From Macrostomum lignano (lineage: Eukaryota): a stretch of DNA of 64,000 nt. Below, piece by piece: positions 59,745 through 64,000 of this stretch; the stretch's first letter is position 1, and each line of letters opens with the position of its first letter. The notes beneath the pieces were generated by a model. That model did not search any database and had not been told where the DNA came from. It was given only the letters and a program-made list of their open reading frames with translations. Location of the stretch: NCBI GenBank assembly GCA_002269645.1, contig NIVC01001500.1, positions 124,001 to 188,000 of the forward strand, given 5' to 3'. The translations under genes were made by a program, and so were the position numbers.

Positions 59745-61670
59745 TGTATGTGTGTGTTTCACAATGACAGCAGATGTGTGTGTTTCACAATTACTGCAGA
59801 TGTGTGTCTCACAATGACCGCAAATGTGTGTTTCACAATGACAGCAGATGTGTGTTTCACAATGACTGCAGATGTGTGTTTCACAATGACTGCAGATGTG
59901 TGTTTCACAATGACCGCAGATGTGTGTGTTTCACAATTACTGCAGATGTGTGTGTTTCACAATGACAGCAGATGTGTGTGTTTCACAATTACTGCAGATG
60001 TGTGTGTTTCACAATTACTGCAGATGTGTGTTTCACAATGACAGCAGATGTGTGTGTTTCACAATTACTGCAGATGTGTGTGTTTCACAATTACTGCAGA
60101 TGTGTGTTTCACAATGACTGCAGATGTGTGTTTCACAATGACTGCAGATGTGTGTTTCACAATGACTGCAGATGTGTGTGTTTCACAATGACTGCAGATG
60201 TGTGTGTTTCACAATGACTGCAGATGTGTGTTTCACAATGACTGCAGATGTGTGTTTCACAATGACTGCAGATGTGTGTTTCACAATGACAGCAGATGTG
60301 TGTTTCACAATTACTGCAGATGTGTGTGTTTCACAATTACTGCAGATGTGTGTTTCACAATGACTGCAGATGTGTGTTTCACAATGACTGCAGATGTGTG
60401 TTTCACAATGACTGCAGATGTGTGTTTCACAATGACTGCAGATGTGTGTGTTTCACAATGACCGCAAATGTGTGTTTCACAATTACTGCAGATGTGTGTG
60501 TTTCACAATGACTGCAGATGTGTGTTTCACAATGACTGCAGATGTGTGTTTCACAATGACCGCAAATGTGTGTGTCTCACAATGACTGCAGATGTGTGTT
60601 TCACAATGACGCAAATGTGTGTGTCTCACAATGACTGCAGATGTGTGTGCTTCACAATGACTGCAGATGTGTGTTTCACAATGACCGCAAATGTGTGTGT
60701 CTCACAATGACTGCAGATGTGTGTTTCACAATGACCGCAAATGTGTGTGTCTCACAATGACTGCAGATGTGTTTCACAATGACTGCAGATGTGTGTTTCA
60801 CAATGACCGCAAATGTGTGTCTCACAATGACTGCAGTTGTGTGTTTCTGTGTGTCTCACAATGACTGCAGATGTGTGTTTCTGTGTGTTTCACAATGACT
60901 GCAGATGTGTGTTTCTGTGTGTTTCAAAATGACTGCAGATGTGTGTTTCTGTGTGTTTCACAATGACTGCAGATGTGTGTTTCTGTGTGTTTCACAATGA
61001 CTGCAGATGTGTGTTTCTGTGTGTTTCACAATGACTGCAGATGTGTGTTTCTGTGTGTCTCACAATGACTGCAGATGTGTGTTTCTGTGTGTCTCACAAT
61101 GACTGCAGATGTGTGTTTCTGTGTGTCTCACAATGACTGCAGATGTGTGTTTCTGTGTGTCTCACAATGACTGCAGATGTGTGTTTCTGTGTGTCTCACA
61201 ATGACTGCAGATGTGTGTTTCTGTGTGTTTCACAATGACTGCAGATGTGTGTTTCACAGTGACTGCAGATGTGTGTTTCACAATGCCCACAGATGTGTGT
61301 GTTTCACAATGCCCACAGATGTGTGTGTTTCACAATGCCCACAGATGTGTGTGTTTCACAATGACTGCAGATGTGTGTTTCACAATGACTGCAGATGTGT
61401 GTGTGTTTCACAATGACCGCAGATGTATGTGTTTCGCAATGACCGCAAATTTGTGTGTTTCACAATGACTGCAGATGTGTGTGTTTCACAATGCCCACAG
61501 ATGTATGTGTTTCACAATGACCGCAAATTTGTTTGTTTCACAATGACCGCAATGTGTGTGTTTCGCAATAATCATAGATGTGTGTGTTTCACAATGACCG
61601 CTATAGAGTGTGTTTCGCAATAATCATAGATGTGTGTGTTTCACAATGACCGCTATAGAGTGTGTTTCCC
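59745..61670. repeat. 24/26-bp satellite (cacaatgactgcagatgtgtgttt) with a 34-bp variant block at ~60850-61230
   Basis: Directly visible, about 70 units. The Cys/Val-rich ORFs are artefacts. Confidence 0.97.
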
Positions 61671-62103
61671 ACCAGTGACGACCACTTGTAGCCTTTTAAC
61701 TACCAGAACACTATGGTTGCATATTTTTGTTTTTGAAATTGATTTGAAATTTCTTTTAGCTGTTAGAGATAAACCACACACAGTCTTGATAACGACCTCA
61801 ATCAAGGGAGAGAACGTGTGGAGAGCTTAAGATTGTCTGAGTCTGAGATAAGGGACACCCGAGCTCTGTGGCCTGATCCAAGTGCTGTCACCTTTGAACC
61901 AATTGACTCAACAGAATGATTGAGCAGCCTTTCAGCGACTAGAAAACTATCTATATTAACCCGAGCCTTGCACTGGTTCTGCTCAGGATTCAACTCACCC
62001 GAGGTTGGCTGTTGTCTCTTCTCTGAAATACTTTTCAACCTGTTTATTAATTGATTTTATCGATCTTGCCTTCAGCTTGACATCCAACAAGACTCGTTTA
62101 AGA

Positions 62104-64000
62104 ATGCCGCCGATCAAATTGGCCATAGTAACACTCTTGTTGCTGCTGCCGAGTCTTGTTGTCAGCTCGCCAACAGAGAAGGCAACTAAAAAACAGCCGA
62201 ACATCCTCATATTGCTGGTGGACGACTTGGGTTTCGGCGACATCGGTGAGTCCTTCTGGTTTGTAGGCCGTTCTAAAAGAAAAAAATAATTAATTTAATT
62301 TAATTTTCATTTCTCAATTCTTGAATGCTTTAAATTTATTCTAAGATAGTTTAACGTCTTGCCAGTGGCATGTCAGGCCGGCGCACTTTAAGCGACATAT
62401 TTGTCACACAGCTGGCAAGAAGCATTGCTGCCCGCATTCCGCCGACTCCCCTGAGCAGTCACACAAGCGCGCAGATACGTATGCAGTCACACGCACAGGC
62501 ACACACTCACACAGGAGTGTACAGCGGCCCTAACTTTATTGATCGTAAGGCATGTACACTTCACTGTGCCTTGGGGGTTGGCCCTCAAGCTGGGCGTTAA
62601 TTGCACGAGCAGAGCCAAGCCGAGATTCCAATGTAGCCCCAAATTAATGTGACTGCACTTGGAATCGAGCCTGGGCCGCTGGCACATCAGAGCCTGCGCT
62701 AGACCGCTGGGCTACGGCCCCGCTTAGCAGTATATATATACATGTATGTAAATGACATACTGACTAAACATTCACTGCTTTGTTAATATATAGATAACGA
62801 TTCGTGTTATCTATATATGCGGGTTACGAACGTACAGCCTCCCTGATTCGAATATTATTTTAGCTTTGGTTGCAAAACAGTTCAATGCTTTATCCTAATT
62901 TACTAAAATTTCCTTCTAACTTCACAGGCGCCAACGGCAATACCACAATTCGAACGCCGAATGTTGACAGAATCGCCAAGGAGGGCGTCCGGCTGTCGCA
63001 CCACCTGACAGCCGCGCCAGTTTGTACGCCGAGTCGGTCGGCACTGCTGACGGGAAAATATCCATTAGGATGGGCATGGTGCCCAGCATCCAGATGCAGG
63101 TGTTCCCGTTCACGGCTAGCCAAGCCGGTTTACCAACTAATGAGACCACTTTTGCCAAGGTGGCTCAGCGGTCTGGCTACCGCACCGGACTGATTGGTGA
63201 GCGATCGACCGGTCTTCATGCATTTTTTGTTGTACATTTTAATTATTGGATTTGGAGATTGTGCTGTGGGGACTTGTTTTGCGTGCTGAGTTTGAGGGAT
63301 TTTTTCGCGGTGGTGGGTGTGAGGGGTTGTTTCGGGGTGCTGGGCGTGAGGGGTTGTTTTAGGGTGGTGGGTGTGGGGGTTGTTTTGGGGTGCTGGATGT
63401 GAGGGATTGTTTTGTGGTGGTGGGTGTGAGGGGTTGTTTTGGGGTGCTGGGCGTGAGGGGTTGTTTAGGGTGGTGGATGTGAAGGGTTGTTTTGGGGTGC
63501 TGGATGTGAGGGGTTGTTTTGGGGTGCTGGATGTGAGGGGTTGTTTCGGGGTGCTGGACGTGAGGGTTTGTTTTGTGGTGGTGGGTGTGAGGGGTTGTTT
63601 TGGGGTGCTGGGCGTGATGGGTTGTTTTGGTGTGGTGGGTGTGAGGGGCTTATCTTGGGGTGCTGGACGTGAGGGGTTGTTTTAGGGTGGTGGATATGAA
63701 GGGTTGTTTTGGGGTGCTGGGCGTGATGGGTTGTTTTGGGGTGGTGGGTGTGAGGGGCTTGTCTTGGGGTGTTGGGTGTGAGGGGCTTGTCTTGGGTGGT
63801 GGGTGTGAGGGGCTTGTCTTGGGGTGGTGGGTGTGAGGGACATGTATGCACTGTATGCCCGATCCGCCACTATTGCGCAACTACACCACCAGGAAAGTGG
63901 CATTTGGGCGCCCACTGCAGCAACAGCAAAGACTTCTGCCACCATCCGAACAACCACGGCTTCGACTATTTCTACGGCTGCCTGCTGACTCTGTTGAAAG
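62104..64000 (+). CDS. STS: Steryl-sulfatase/arylsulfatase (STS/ARSD/ARSE-type), 5' part, running off the window
   Basis: Exons 62104-62245, 62928-63196 and 63893 onward. Signal peptide, then [32 protein letters not shown], the catalytic CTPSR (63023-63037) [18 protein letters not shown], and [15 protein letters not shown]....[14 protein letters not shown], characteristic of the STS subfamily. One apparent 1-bp deletion at ~63063. The symbol denotes family, not proven orthology. Confidence 0.9.
62367..62721 (-). mobile_element. tRNA-derived SINE, copy 2 (sulfatase intron 1)
   Basis: Same family as 28372-28720. A box TAGCCCAGCGG, B box GGCTCGATTCC. Confidence 0.85.
63290..63840. repeat. ~27-bp G/T-rich minisatellite in sulfatase intron 2
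   Basis: Unit ggggtgctgggcgtgaggggttgtttt. Confidence 0.93.

Noticed and set aside
59745-61670. Common ancestry of the 24-bp satellite with the 23-bp satellite (shared AAACA..CAT..GTCAT.GT on opposite strands)
   Set aside because: The similarity is short and low-complexity and cannot be separated from chance by eye.
59748-61830. Cys-rich metallothionein-like ORFs (CVFHNDCR repeats)
   Set aside because: They are translations of the satellite in multiple frames with frequent frame-breaking 24/26-bp length variants.

Overview
Eukaryotic (metazoan) genomic DNA with GT-AG introns, TTAGGG traces, tRNA-derived SINEs and heavy minisatellite content. The composition is suggestive of a Macrostomum-like free-living flatworm, which is an inference. 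Four host genes are supportable: (1) a two-exon Borealin/CDCA8-like gene (27963-29461 +); (2) an intronless FMRFamide-receptor-like orphan GPCR (30972-32435 -); (3) an ~11-exon, ~2600-aa gene (35066-59150 +) that joins a partial plakin module (spectrin repeats plus plakin-type SH3) to a 5.5-kb exon of 14-aa Q-x-G-x-S-x-F and TQT-like repeats; (4) the 5' part of a steryl-sulfatase-like arylsulfatase (62104 to window end, +). The left third is dominated by a 14.3-kb foldback element (9847-24122). Its ~3.2-kb inverted arms contain tandem arrays, and its left arm holds a LINE ORF1 PHD fragment and three nested DNA elements. Also present: a mariner fossil, several MITEs, Helitron-like elements and at least eight satellite/minisatellite arrays, most of them intronic. 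Three apparent single-base deletions in otherwise intact genes suggest long-read assembly errors. No CRISPR array, rRNA or true tRNA gene was found. All homology calls come from manual motif reading, not database searches.
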